From assembly GCF_964213995.1 (NCBI RefSeq), contig NW_027590154.1, forward strand, positions 434,001 to 498,000: a stretch of 64,000 nucleotides of DNA. The letters are read 5' to 3'. The DNA comes from Mustelus asterias (taxonomy: Eukaryota). Shown here in pieces: positions 11,534 through 23,934 of this stretch. Within the stretch, counting starts at the first letter, position 1. Each line of letters starts with the position of its first letter. The translations under genes were made by a program, and so were the position numbers. The notes below the pieces were generated by a model that was not told the origin of the DNA, made no database searches, and worked only from the letters and a program-made list of their open reading frames with translations.

Positions 11534-12321
11534 GGTGCCAGTGTCCTTGTGTCTCTCCAGGTTGGATGATCAGTTGAAGCCTCGGCCACACACAGAACAC
11601 ATGTACAGTTTCTCCTCACTGTGAATGGTGTGATGTTTTTTCAGGCTGTGTAACTGGTTAAAGCTCTTTCCGCAGTCAGTTCACTGGAACACTCCCACTC
11701 AGGTGTGTGTGTGTCTCGGTGCTTTTCTAGTCACACTGATGTTTGAAATTCTTTTCCCACAAACAGAACAGACAAACATTTCTCCTTCCACATTCAGAGG
11801 TTGATGATATTCAGCTCCCGATGAATCGAGTGAATGTCAGATATTGACGAGTGTTTCCCGATTGTAACTCCCTGTGGAAAAAAGATTTTAGAAAAGCTGT
11901 CAATGTAAGGACAGGATAACATTCAGAACAAACGTTTCTCTTGGTTTGAGTTTGCTGTGTGTTAATCCTCCCCTTTTAACCCCTTAGAAAAGGAGTTTCC
12001 AAAATCCATCACTGTCAGAGGATACAAACTCTGAATTTGGTTATCTGAAGGGGATGAATGAACCGGGTTAGACGGAAAAGGCAGGGGAATACCACTCAGT
12101 GAATTGCTCATTCTGAGAGCCAGCACAGACACAATGGGCCAAATGGCCTCTTTCTGTGCTGTAACAATTCAGAGAAAGTCACAACATTCCCTCCTCCTGG
12201 TTTCTAGCCCAGGATGACGACACATTGATTTGATTTATTGTGACATGTGAAAAGTAATGTTTCTGGCAACCTATACAGACAAAACATACCATTCGTAGAG
12301 TATATTAGGGAGAAGTACAAA

Positions 12322-12440
12322 GTCTCACAACACCAGGTTAAAGTCCAACAGGTTTATTTGGTATCACGAGCTTTCAGAGCACTGCTCCTTCATTAGGTGA
12401 GCGTGTTCACCTGATGAAGGAGCAGTGTTCCAAAAGCTCC
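12322..12440. mobile_element. Palindromic Penelope-derived mini-element (truncated right arm)
   Basis: Same structure as 9514-9719 with opposed ctgatgaaggagc motifs. Confidence 0.7.
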
Positions 12441-12919
12441 CAAATTTTTAACAAATTTAACAAAAGAATAACCAATTTTAACAAAAATAACAAACAGAAC
12501 ATAATTTCATTCATGCCTTGTGAAAAACATGGATCTGAATCTTGTGTTCAGAGCTGGGTGTGTGGAGATATTTTCAGATGAGCCTTGGTCACCACCACTG
12601 GGACTAACTTTAAATTGCAGCTTGTATAAATTGGATGGATTTGAAGCCCTGTCCCCAGACCATTGTGCTGCCTCTCTGGATTACTAACGCAGTGACATTG
12701 CCACAAGTTCAGTCTCTGAATTCAGGGGAATGATCACAGGCACATATTCTTAAAGGGAGACTGCAGGTCACATAATCAGCTAATTAACTAGAATCTTAAA
12801 CTCCAGCCAGTACTATAGTTGGTAACATCAGAGAAACAAACCTGAATTGTCAGAATGAACATGGTTCAGTCCTGGGTATGATGAACGCCAGCAACATCAG
12901 TGGAATCCAAACCCTTTAG

Positions 12920-13660
12920 TCACTTGTGAACTTGCTGGTGTGTCATCAGGTGGGCTAGCTGACTGAATCCCCTCTCACACACCGAACAGGTGAATGGCCT
13001 CTCCCGGGTGTCAACTCGCTGGTGTGTCAGAAGGTTTGATGAAGTTTTGAATCCTTTCTCACACATGGAACAAATGAATGGTCTCTCACCAGTGTGAACT
13101 CGCTGGTGTGTCAGAATGTTTGATGAATTAGTGAATCTCTTCTCACACACAGAGCAGGTGAATGGCCTCTCCCCAGTGTGAACTCGCTGGTGTGTCAGCA
13201 GCTGGGATAACTGAATGAATCCCCTCCCACAAACAGAACAGGTGAATGGCTTTCCTCCAGTATGAACTCTCTGATGTATCAGAAGCTCAGATGACTGAGT
13301 GAATCCCTTCCCACATACGGAACAAGTGAACAGCTTCTCTCCAGTGTGACTGAATTTCCAGCAAGGATGGGTATTTGAATCCCTTTCCGCAATCTCCACA
13401 TTTACACAGTTTCTCCGTGATGCTGGTGTCCTTATTTCTCTCCAGGTTGGATGATCAGCTCAAGCCTCGTACACAGTACACGTGTACGGATTCTCTCTGC
13501 TTCAATTGCAATGTTTTATACACTATGCAACTGTTAAAACAATCTTCCCTCCATATTCAAAGGGCAATAATACTCACACTCCGATTCATTGAGTATCAGA
13601 TATTGATGCGATGTTTGGTTTGCGTTTCCCACCTCCAAATCCTCTGCTTCTAATAACCTG
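12920..13660 (-). pseudogene. C2H2 zinc-finger probable pseudogene, 5 intact fingers (ZNF-C)
   Basis: Five fingers at 12920-13330; the family start codon reads ACG (atcacggagaaa) and the first finger is frameshifted. Confidence 0.7.
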
Positions 13661-14107
13661 ATAAAGGAGATTGAAAAGTCATCACTGTCAGTACAAGATA
13701 GAAATTCTTAACAGACAGTTCTCATTTGGTGGAATATTTTCCACTTTCATTCCCCCAAATTAATTTGGTCCTGAATTGATCCTAAATTGAATATCTTCTC
13801 CACAAATCCTCAGCTTCTAATATGTTGTCAATGGTGTTTACAAATGTAACCAATGTCAGTCCAGGATATAAATTCTCAACAGACAATTCAAATCTGTATA
13901 TCCCCATCCCACACACTCTCCCTCCTCCCTGGAAATCCAAATTAAGTTTTGGATAATTCTTTCGAGATCCTTTTAACAAATTTAACAAAAAAAAAACAAT
14001 TTTAACAAAAATAACAAATTGAGCATAATTTCATTCATTACTTGTGACAAACATGAATCTGAATCACTCTGACTGGCCAGACAGAATAACAGACGTTAAT
14101 GTTAACA

Positions 14108-14245
14108 GTTACATGGGTAAGATGGGTATAGAGGGATATGGACCAAATGCAAGCGATTGGGAGTAGTTTAGGGGTTTAAACAAAAAGGGCGGCATGGACA
14201 AGTTGGGCCGAAGGGCCTGTTTCCATGCCGTAAACCTCTATGACT
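14108..14245 (+). mobile_element. CR1 3' tail fragment
   Basis: Reverse complement of 10460-10600. Confidence 0.75.
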
Positions 14246-14321
14246 CTAACCTTGCGTCCAGAACTGTGTGTGTGGAGATTTTCTCAGAGGAGCTTCAGTC
14301 ACCAGGGGTTTACAATGGGTT

Positions 14322-14610
14322 TGCCTCACAGCATCAGGGACCCGGGTTCAATTCCCGGCTTGGATCACTTTCTGTGTGGAGTTTGCATTTTCTCCCCATG
14401 TTTGCATGGGTTTCCTCCGGGGACTCCGGTTTCCTCACAGTCCAAAGGTATGCAGGTTAGGTTGATTGGCTATGCTAAATTGACCCTAGTGTCAGGGGGG
14501 ATTAGCAGGGTAAATGTGTGGGGTTACGGGAATAGGGCCTGGGTGTGATTGAGGTCGGTGCAGATTCAATGGGCCGAATAGTCTTCTGTACTGCAGGGAT
14601 CCTATGATTA
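14322..14610 (+). mobile_element. HE1-like V-SINE
   Basis: B box ggttcaattcc, V-domain and CR1-like tail. Confidence 0.85.
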
Positions 14611-14829
14611 CCATCACTGAATCTAACTTTAAATTGCAGATTGTATTAATTGAATGGATTTGAAGCCCTGTCCCTAGAACATTGTGCTGTCTCTCTGGAT
14701 TACTAATGCAGCGACATTGTCACTAGGTCAGTGTGTCCCCCCTGCTCTCTTTGTTGGAGGTGGCTTGTGGGGAGAAAACGGAAGCGGTGGATAGTGAGAG
14801 TGGAGAATGTTCATTGTAATCCCCCCGGC

Positions 14830-15270
14830 ACTGACCTCTCACCTGACACCTCACAATGCCCGGGGACTGATTGACAGCAGCTCCAACCAATAGAAGGAGG
14901 GGACGGGGCTGGAGGACCAATCGGAATGAATGAGAGGCGAGGCTGAGTGAGGCATGCGCAGTGTGATTAAGGGCAATGGGGAAGATTTTTTTTCCGATCT
15001 GCAATCCGTCCAGGAGAGAATGGCGGGAGCGATGGATCAGGTCAGTGACTGGATACGCTTCGTAAGCATGTCATATAGATTGCAAATGAGAAAGAATAAC
15101 CCACCGGTTCCCGGGGACCGTTCCCCCGCCCTGGAGTGCTTTTCTCACAGAGCTGGGTTAGCGGCCGCCATCCTTATCCGGGCACTCGCAGTAGATAGAG
15201 CGCATGCGCAGCCGCCAGTTTTATTCGGGTACCAGGTAGAGCGCATGCGCAACCGCCATCTTTGTTGGGG
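14830..15270. promoter_or_regulatory. CpG-rich promoter between divergent ZNF-C (-) and ZNF-D (+)
   Basis: NRF1 gcgcatgcgc (15199, 15241), YY1 ccgccatctt and aatggcgg, CCAAT and GC boxes; 14850-14965 is an inverted paralog of 23535-23670 and 44445-44590. Confidence 0.7.
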
Positions 15271-15477
15271 GCAATAATTTTGATTATTTTTTCCACGAGA
15301 AATCAACCTGCTTCACGCTTCCAGTTTCTTATTATTGAGGCAGAACAATGATAAATGGCCAGGGCAGTGACAATCATTTCTATTTATGTTGTGTCTTCAA
15401 CAAAATAAAAGTTTTAAGGCAATTCGGAGAAATGTTACAAAATAACAATTGACACTGAGCCAAATGACGAGATCACA

Positions 15478-15760
15478 GAATCCCTGTCGTGCAAACCATT
15501 GGGCCCATCGAGACTGCATCAACAACAATCCTACCCAGACCCTATTCCTGTAACCCCACGTATTTACCCTGCTGACATGAAGGGGCAATGCAGCATAGCC
15601 ATTCATCCCAACCTGCACACCTTTGGAGTGAGAGAGGAAACTGGGGCACCCGGAGGAAACTCATGCAGACATCGGGGAAATGTGCAAACTCTGCACAGAG
15701 GCTGGAATTGAACCTGAGTCCTTGGCGCTATGAGACAGCAGTGCTAACCACTGTGCCATC
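15478..15760 (-). mobile_element. HE1-like V-SINE
   Basis: Reverse-complement head, V-domain and tail. Confidence 0.8.
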
Positions 15761-16152
15761 AGTTTTGAGTAGTCTTAACGAAGGAGAGTGAGGTAGAGAA
15801 TCAGAGCGGCTTAAGGAGGAAATTCCAGAGCTTGTGACTTGGACAAATGAAAAAGGTCATTACTGGGAGAGTGATTAAAATCGGAAATGCTTAAGAGCCT
15901 GTGTGGCTGAGAAATATTACATAAATTTGGATGATTGCAACTATGTAGGTAAACAGGAATGAGAAATTTAAAAATTTGGTGCTTCTTAAAAGGAAGTGTT
16001 TGTAGACTGGTAAGCTCTACGGTGATGGCCGAACAAGCTTTGATGCGAGTGAGCACATAACCTTTAAAAAAAAAAGTCTGGTTCAGTCTCATTCATTTGG
16101 TAGGGACAGGGACAGAGTTGCTGGCGAGGAACTGAGTGCAATGGGTTCACTC

Positions 16153-16285
16153 TTCTCGAGGAATTAAGGGCTATGGGGAGAGAGCGGGTAAATGGAGTTG
16201 AAATCAACCATGATTGAATGGTGGAGTGGACTCAATGGGCCGAATGGCCTTACTTCCGCTCCTATGTCTTATGGTCTTATGGTCT
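16153..16285 (+). mobile_element. CR1 3' tail, young family
   Basis: Almost identical to 7540-7671. Confidence 0.9.
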
Positions 16286-16969
16286 AATGTCAGACGAATT
16301 TGGATGGTGCGTGGCTCAGAGGGGAGCTTGCAGGTGATGGTGTCCACATACTCCTGCTGCCCTGGTCCATCCAGGTGGTGGAGGTTGAGGGTTTCGGAGA
16401 TTCTATCAAATTGTGGCTCTGTTCTAGGTCTATAAAATGCCTCTCCATTGCCCATGTCTCTCCCACCCACTTCTCTCATTCTTACTCTTTCTGTCTCTCT
16501 TGTCGCATTGAATTCTCTAGCCCAGGGTGGTAGATGTTTCATCGTTGGTTAAGTTTAAGGATGGGATGGAGAGATTTTTGGTTTCTTGGGTGGGGCAGGG
16601 TGGGGAGAGGGGGGGGCGGTGGAGGTGGAGCTGAAAGATATGGGGAGCTGGCGGGAAAGTGGAATTGAAGACCAACACCAGCCATGATCATGTTGAATGG
16701 CTGGAGCCGGCTCAACAGGCCAAATGGTCTACTCCTGCTCCTATTGCTTGTGTTCGTGCAGATCTATGTGTAGACTCAGACGGAGTGGCAGGCTCCCTTC
16801 CCTGAAGGAGCTGATTGAACCTGATCACTTTTCACAAAAGATCCAACAGCTTTCATGGTCACCTTTCCCTCCTGTCAGCCCCATATAACACCAAATTCAT
16901 TCACAATTTCACAACCTGTTTTTGTGAGTTCTCTCTCGCTCCCATTTTACTGTCTGAGATCAATTCCAC

Positions 16970-18106
16970 GGGGTATCAGAAGGGGAGGATTTGCAGTCAG
17001 AAAACTCAAACCAAACATCCCATCAGATTCAAATGAAGTCACCTAATTTATCGTAACCTGAATATTTGTGAATCGTGAAAATAGAAGGATAAAGTGTCGT
17101 TCACAGTGTTGAGAAACGATGGGAATGTGGGGAGGGATTCAGATCTCTATGTGAACTGGAAACTCATCAGCCCAGACACACCGGGGAGAGGTCATTCATT
17201 TGCTCCAAGTGTGGGAAGGATTCTCTCGCTCATCCAGCCTGCTGCAACACCAGCGAGTTCACACTGGAGAGAGACCTTTCAATTGTTCCAACTGTGGGAA
17301 GGGATTCGCTCAGTCAGGCAACCTGCTGAGACACCAGCGAGTTCACACTGGGAAGAGACCATTCACTTGCTCAGAGTGTGAGAAAGGATTCGCTCGGTCA
17401 TCTGACTTGATGGCGCACCAGCGAGTTCACACTGACGAGAGACCATTTAAATGTCCAGACTGGGAAGTGGTATAAAGGTTCCCGGGACCTGATACTCCAT
17501 CAACGTGCTCACAGTGATGAGAGGCCATTCAGATGCTCTCACTGTGGGACTGGGTTCAAACAATCATCTCAACTCATTGAACACCAGTGTAGTCACACCG
17601 GGGAGAGGCCATTCACCTGCTCTGTGTGTGGGAATGGGTTCAGTCGGTCATCTAACCTGCGGACACACCAGCGAATTCACACTGGGGAGAGACCTTTCAC
17701 CTGTTCTGAGTGTGGAAAGGGATTCACTCAATTATCCACTCTGCTGAACCACCAGAGTGTTCACAATGAGAAGAGACCATTTCAATGTCCAGACTGCAGG
17801 AAGTGCTACAAAAGTTCCCGATAACTGCTCCACCATCAACGAGTTCACACTGAGGAGAGACCTTTTAAATGTCCAGACTGTGAGAAGTGCTTTAAAAGTT
17901 CTGGGGAACTGATGCGCCATCAACGTGTTCACACTGACGAGAAACCATTCAGGTGCTCTCACTGTGACGCTGGGTTCAAGACATCATCTGACCTCACTGT
18001 ACATCAGCGAGTTCACACTGGGGAGAAACCATTCACCTGCTCCCAGTGTGGGAAGGGATTCACTCAGTCATCCCCTCTGCTGACACACCAGCGAGTTCAT
18101 AGGTAA
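16970..18106 (+). pseudogene. C2H2 zinc-finger pseudogene, about 11 fingers (ZNF-D)
   Basis: Finger array broken across ORFs 17200-17475, 17624-17824 and 17912-18106 by frameshifts and a TAA at 17822; the expected acceptor appears mutated (ccacgg). Confidence 0.85.
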
Positions 18107-18274
18107 CTAAGGTGATTAGATTTTACTGTTAATAAGATCAGGACTGATCCATGTTCATTGGGGTCTGTTTCTGTTCATGTTGGTAAACTTCAAACCAAAA
18201 GAGAAAATGCTGGAAAATCTCAGCAGGTCTGGCAGCATCTTTAAAGAGAGAAAAGAGCTGACGTTTCAAGTCAC

Positions 18275-18625
18275 GGGCGGCACGGTAGCACAGTGGTTAG
18301 CACTGCTGCTTCACAGCTCCAGGGTCCTGGGTTCGATTCCCGGCTCGGGTCACTTTCTGTGTGGAGTTTGCACATTCTCCTCGTGTCTGCGTGGGTTTCC
18401 TCTGGGTGCTCCGGTTTCCTCCCACAGTCCAAAGATGTGCGGGTTAGGTTGATTGGCCAGGTTAAAAAATTGCCCCTGAGAGTCCTGGGATGTGTAGGTT
18501 AGAGGGATTAGCAGGTAAAATATGTGGGGATAGGGCCTGGGTGGGATAGTGGTCGGTGCAGACTCGATGGGCCGAATGGCCTCCTTCTGCACTGTAGGGT
18601 TTCTATGATTTCTATGATTTCTATG
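18275..18625 (+). mobile_element. HE1-like V-SINE nested in a small Penelope-like repeat (18190-18650)
   Basis: Full head, V-domain and (tttctatga)n tail; host repeat resumes after a duplicated aagtc. Confidence 0.9.
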
Positions 18626-18779
18626 AAGTCCAGATGACCCTTTGTCAAAGCTTAGTTGGTAAACTTCAACCCAGTTACATGGGCTAATACTCTGGATTAA
18701 AGTTAAATAAGTCAACATTGTGTTCGCACATTATGTTGAATCTTTAACACCTCAAACATTAGTTAGTTCCTTCTGAAGG

Positions 18780-19700
18780 TCTCTTTCTCGCCCATCTCCT
18801 CTATTCTCACCTCAACAAGTGTGAGGAGTTCATGAAGCTTCTTTGTTACTAAGATTGAGATAATTCGATCAGCTGCTGCTGCTGTATCCCTCCCTTCCAC
18901 TCGCCTACTGGGACAAACCATGTCTAAAGTTCCCTCTTGACCAAGCCCAGAACAGACATCTTTCTCCAGTTTCTCTCCTATCTCCCCTCGTGCCCTCTCC
19001 ATGTTTATCTTGTCCATGAGACCCACCCCGTGCTCCATCGACCCTATTCTCACTAAATTGCTGATCATCCAACTTCCCCACATTTGGTGATATTGTTAAT
19101 GGTTCTCTCTTTTCCCTGGTACTGTCCCCCTCACTTTTGAATCCTCTGAAATCACCCACCCTGAAAAAAACACTCAATCCCAGTCTTTGCCAACTATTGC
19201 CCCATCTCCAATCTCCCTTTCCTCTCCAAACCCCCTGAACTCGGTGAGCCCCAAGGATCTATCCTTGGCCCCTCCTATTTCTCATCCACATGCTGCCACT
19301 GAATGACATCATCCAAAAGCACCGTGTTAGTTTTCCCATCTACACTGACAACACCCAGCTCTACCCATCCCTCTCCATTCCTCCACTGTTACTAAATTAT
19401 CAAACTGCTTATCCCACATTCAGTACTGGATGAACAGAAATTTCCTCCAATTAAAAATTGGGAAGACCAAAGTCATTGTCTTCAGTCACCGTTACAAATT
19501 CTGTTCCCTAACTGCCAAGTCCATCCCTCTCCCTGGGAGCTGTCTGAAGCTGAATCACACACTTCACAATCTCCATGTCAGATTTGACCCCAAGATGAGT
19601 TTCTGACCACATATCCACACCATCACTAATACCAGATATTTCAATCCCCGTAACGTCACCTGACCCCACCCCACCCCACCCCAGCTCATCTGCTGTAGCT
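18780..19700 (+). mobile_element. L2 LINE RT fragment (degraded)
   Basis: Encodes remnants PISNLPFLSK, PQGSILGP, YTDNTQLY, FLQLKIGKT. Confidence 0.75.
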
Positions 19701-20046
19701 CCTTACCCAGCAGCCCAGTGTGGAGGCACCGCGCCAGTCCCATTGGCCTGAGCCAACTGAGCATGTGTGGTGCTGGCAGGTGATCTGCATATTTAAAGGG
19801 ACACTGTCCCTCTATGCAGTTGTCATTTGAACAGGACAGAAGTATTGTGAGAGAGACTCATTTCAACAAAGAAGAGAGCTGGATTTAGGGGAATAAAAAT
19901 GTAAAGTTATAAAACTGTCCAAAAATTTGTCCTTTTTTCTTTACAGTAATTACTGATATAAATGGTTAAATGGACAGGAAGCTCAGACTAGACATCACAT
20001 CAATCTAACCGAGTCACTCGATTCAGGACTGAATATCATTGGCATC

Positions 20047-20779
20047 ATGGAAGGGGAGAGCAGCAGTCACAGCGAAGACAAACTGTACACGTGTTCCACA
20101 TGTGGATCTGGATTCAACCAATCGACTGTTATGGGAAGGCACAAGTGTAACCGAAACAGGGAGAGTCCGTGTGGACAATGTGGGAATACTGGGAATGGAT
20201 TCCATTATCCCTCTGATCAGGAAACTAATCGATTTGGTCACACTGGGGAGAGTCCATGTGGGCAATGTGGGGATACCAGGAAGGGATTCTGTTATCCCTC
20301 TGATCAGGAAATTCATCAATGCAGTCACACTGGGGAGAGTCCATTCACCTGCCCCTTGTGTGAAAAGGGATTCACTCGATTTTCAAACATGTTGCGACAC
20401 CAGCAGGTTCACACCGGGGAGAAACCTTTCACCTGCATCCCACCTGCTGACACACCAGCGAGTTCACACCGGGGAGAGACCGTTGACCTGCTGTGTGTGT
20501 GAAAAGAGATTTACTGAGTCATCGGCCCTGCTGAGACACAAGCGAGTTCACACCGGGGAGAGACCATTCCCCTGCTGTGTGTGTGGGAAGGGATTTGCTG
20601 AATCATCAATCCTGCTGCGACACCAGCAAGTTCATACCGGGGAGAGGCCATTCACCTGCTCAGTGTGTGGGAAGGGATTCACTCAATCATCCAACCTTGT
20701 GAGACACCAGTGGGTTCACAAGCAACTGCACTGTTCTGATTCAGCAGTTATTACTGCTGTTAATCAGATTCGGGGGTGA
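20047..20779 (+). pseudogene. C2H2 zinc-finger gene with internal frameshift (ZNF-E)
   Basis: Frame [16 protein letters not shown]... switches near 20435 into the frame carrying the last 3 fingers; acceptor ctttacag at 19946. Confidence 0.75.
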
Positions 20780-21179
20780 ACCTTGTTCATTATAAAACAG
20801 GGGAGTCTTGATGCTGTTGCTGATAACCACAGCAACTGGGCTGCAGTTGGAAGAATTTTCATTTATATAGTGCCTTTCACAACCTCAGGGTACCTCGATG
20901 CGCAGACAGAAATGTGATGCTGATCAGAGGTGATCTGTTTTTAGTGAGGTTGGATGAGAGCGAAATATATAATAAATTTATAATAGAATTTTACACTAAG
21001 TTTGAAAACAATGTTACTCAATCTGAAACAGGAGTCTTAAATCCTAACAGAAGTAACCGTGAAGTTATGAGGGGGCAACTGGATTGTGGTGTATTAGGAA
21101 AATACCGAAAAGCAGTGGATCCGTTGTCAACAAATGTATTCCCACAAACAAAGCTGATAAATGACTGAGTCAATCTCTT

Positions 21180-21650
21180 CCCACACACACAACCACCATC
21201 ATCTAGAAGGACAAGGACAGCAGACACATGGGAACACCACCTGCTGGAAATTCCCCTCCGAGCCACACACCTTCCTAACTTGGAAATACATCACCGTTCC
21301 TTCATTGTCACTGGATCAAAATCCTGTAATTCCCTCCCTAACAGCACTATGGGTGTACCTACAACACATGGACTGAAGGAAGGCAGCTCACCACCACCTT
21401 CTCAGTAAATTTATGCAAAAGTCTGAAAACATGTACCAAACGACTCAAGAACAACTTCTTCCTTACTGTCATGTTTGAATGGTCCTATCATATATTAAGC
21501 TGATCTTTCTCTTCACCCTACCTGTACCTGCACCCTATCCTTTCCTTCTCCCCATGTACTCCATGAAAGGTATGCTTTGTCTGTATAGCGTGCAAGCAAC
21601 AATACTTTTCAGTGGATCCCAATACATTTGACAATAAATCAAATCAAAAT
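21180..21650 (+). mobile_element. Old LINE 3' fragment followed by Rex1-like 3' end
   Basis: 21180-21410 shared with 23090-23190 and 28635-28700; 21440-21650 matches 58075-58300 with (aaatc)n tail. Confidence 0.6.
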
Positions 21651-22287
21651 TTAATGCACATGTTGTGAAGTAGAAATCATGCAGGGCAATTGCAACACTT
21701 GTGAGGGACAGTGCAAGGCTCCCTCTACACTTTCCCATCAAACACTCCTGAGGTATGTACAACCCATCTAAGGTACAGAGGAAAGTTCTCTCTCAATCAT
21801 CCTGTGAAAAACTCCCAGGGGAAGCACTGCCCAAGCTAGGTACAAAGGAAAACTCCCATTACATGCCACATCAAACAGTGCCAGAGAGGAGGAACACTTT
21901 GGATAAGAAAAACTCCATCTGCACTGCCCCACCAAACACTCCCAGCCCATAATGAGCTGGGTTCCAGGAGGTTAGTTACCAGGCGATTAAATTATGTCAT
22001 AAAGCAACACCATTTAATCCAGCTGGTCCTCTCTTTGACCTTTTAAAAATGGAGAATTGGGACATCCTTTCCCCAAACAGCGCCAGAGAGTAGGCACAGT
22101 TTTCATAAACTCCCTCTACACCGCCCCATCAAACACTCCCAGCCCAGAATGAGCTGAGCTCAAGGAGGTTAGTTACCAGGCAATGAAATTATGTCTTTGG
22201 TGGAGGCAGGCACGCTGACATCGTTTAAGACTTACCTGGATTGTCACATGAGCAGCCTGGGAATGGAGGGATACAAACGATTGGTCT

Positions 22288-23085
22288 AAAGTCCAACAGG
22301 TTTATTTGGTAGCAAAAGACACTAGCTTTCGGAGCGCTGCTCCTTTGTCAGGTGAATGGGATTTCAGTTCACAAACAGGGCATATAAAGACAAACTCAAT
22401 TTACAAAATAATGGTTGGAATGCGAGTCTTTATAGGTAATCCAGTCTTAAAGGTACAGACACTGTGAGTGGAGAGAGGGTTAAGCACAGGTTAAAGAGAT
22501 GTGTATTGTCTTCAGCCAGGACAGTTAGTGAGATTTTGTAAGCCCAGGCAAGTCGTGGGGGTTACAGATGGTGTGACATGAACCCAAGATCCTGGTTGAG
22601 GCCGTCCTCATGTGTGCGGAACTTGGCCATCAGTCTCTGCATTCTCCAAGGCGGCCTTCACGACAACGCAGAGTCGCTGAGCAGAGACTGATAGCCAATT
22701 TCCGCGCACGAGGACGGCCTCAACCGGGATCTTGGGTTCATGTCACACTATCTGTAACCCCAACGACTTGCAAAATCTCACTAACTGTCCTGGCTGGAGA
22801 CAATACACATCTCTTTAACCTGTGCTTAACCCTCTCTCCACTCACATTGTCTGTACCTTTAAGACTTGATTACCTGTAAAGACTCGCATTCTAACCATTA
22901 TTTTGTAAATTGAGTTTGTATCTTTATATGCCCTGTTTGTGAACAGAACTCCCACTCACCTGAAGAAGGGGCTTGGGGCTCCGAAAGCTCGTGGCTTTTG
23001 CTATCAAATAAACCTGTTGGACTTTAACCTGGTGTTGTGACACTTCTTACTGTGTTTACCCCAATTCAACGCTGGCATCTCCACA
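22288..23085. mobile_element. Penelope-like element, 5'-truncated with inverted pseudo-LTR
   Basis: 22288-22640 is the reverse complement of 22680-23030; encodes the GIY-YIG C-terminus (RRVAEQRLIA..F); hammerhead core at 22960-22990. Confidence 0.85.
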
Positions 23086-23229
23086 TTTTGGAAATATATC
23101 ACCATTCCTTCACAGTCGCTGGGTCAAAATCCTGGAATTCCCTCCCTATCAGCAGGGTGGATGTACTTGCACAACATGGACGGCAGTGGGTTCAGGTCCC
23201 ATACATCACAAAGGTAGACACTCCTGCGC

Positions 23230-23800
23230 CCCCTACAAACATGGCGATCCCTGCTGCACATTGCCCCTTACAAAGATGCCGGCCGCACATGCGCACTGAT
23301 AGACATTGCCACCAACAGATTGGCGGCCGTCAGCCCAGCCCAACACGACAAGTTGCGCCTCCAATTTGGTACCAACAGGGTGCCCGGGAAGTTATTTTCC
23401 AGGGTTTGGATTTGAACAACATGTTTACGAAGGCTCTCCACCCACCCGCCACATTCATCGCTCTCCGCGCGCCGCTCTCTACCTTGAACTGATCTTGGAT
23501 CCGAGTTAAAACCGTCCGTCCGCCGCCATTACCCGCACTGCGCATGCTTCAGACCCCTCCCCTATTCACTCTGGTTGGAGGACCAGCCGCTCCCGCTCGG
23601 TCCTCCAGCCCCGCCCCCTTTTCCTCTTGGCCCGGAACCGCCGTCAATCAGTCCCCGGGCATTGTGACGTTGGGCATGCGCAGTGCGGCTCATCCCCAGG
23701 GACAGGCGCTTGTTTGTCTGATCTTCAGGCGGGAAGGAGGCGGATAAGCGGAGGCAGCGTTAGGGGCAGTGGGTGGGAGGGGAGGCTCCACACACCCAGT
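23230..23800 (+). promoter_or_regulatory. CpG-rich promoter (type A), candidate for ZNF-F
   Basis: YY1 acatggcg and aagatgcc, ETS cgggaagt, NRF1 tgcgcatgc twice, GC box; direct paralog of 44255-44605. Confidence 0.7.
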
Positions 23801-23934
23801 GGAGGCTTCAACACCCCCAATAAGGAACTAGCGGCACCGCCTCAACACCCAACACAACGGCAGCTGCAGCGCTTTCTCCCGGGGCCAGGACCCAGTGGAC
23901 AAATGTGGCTTCAGGAAGGAAATGCAGCAATGGG

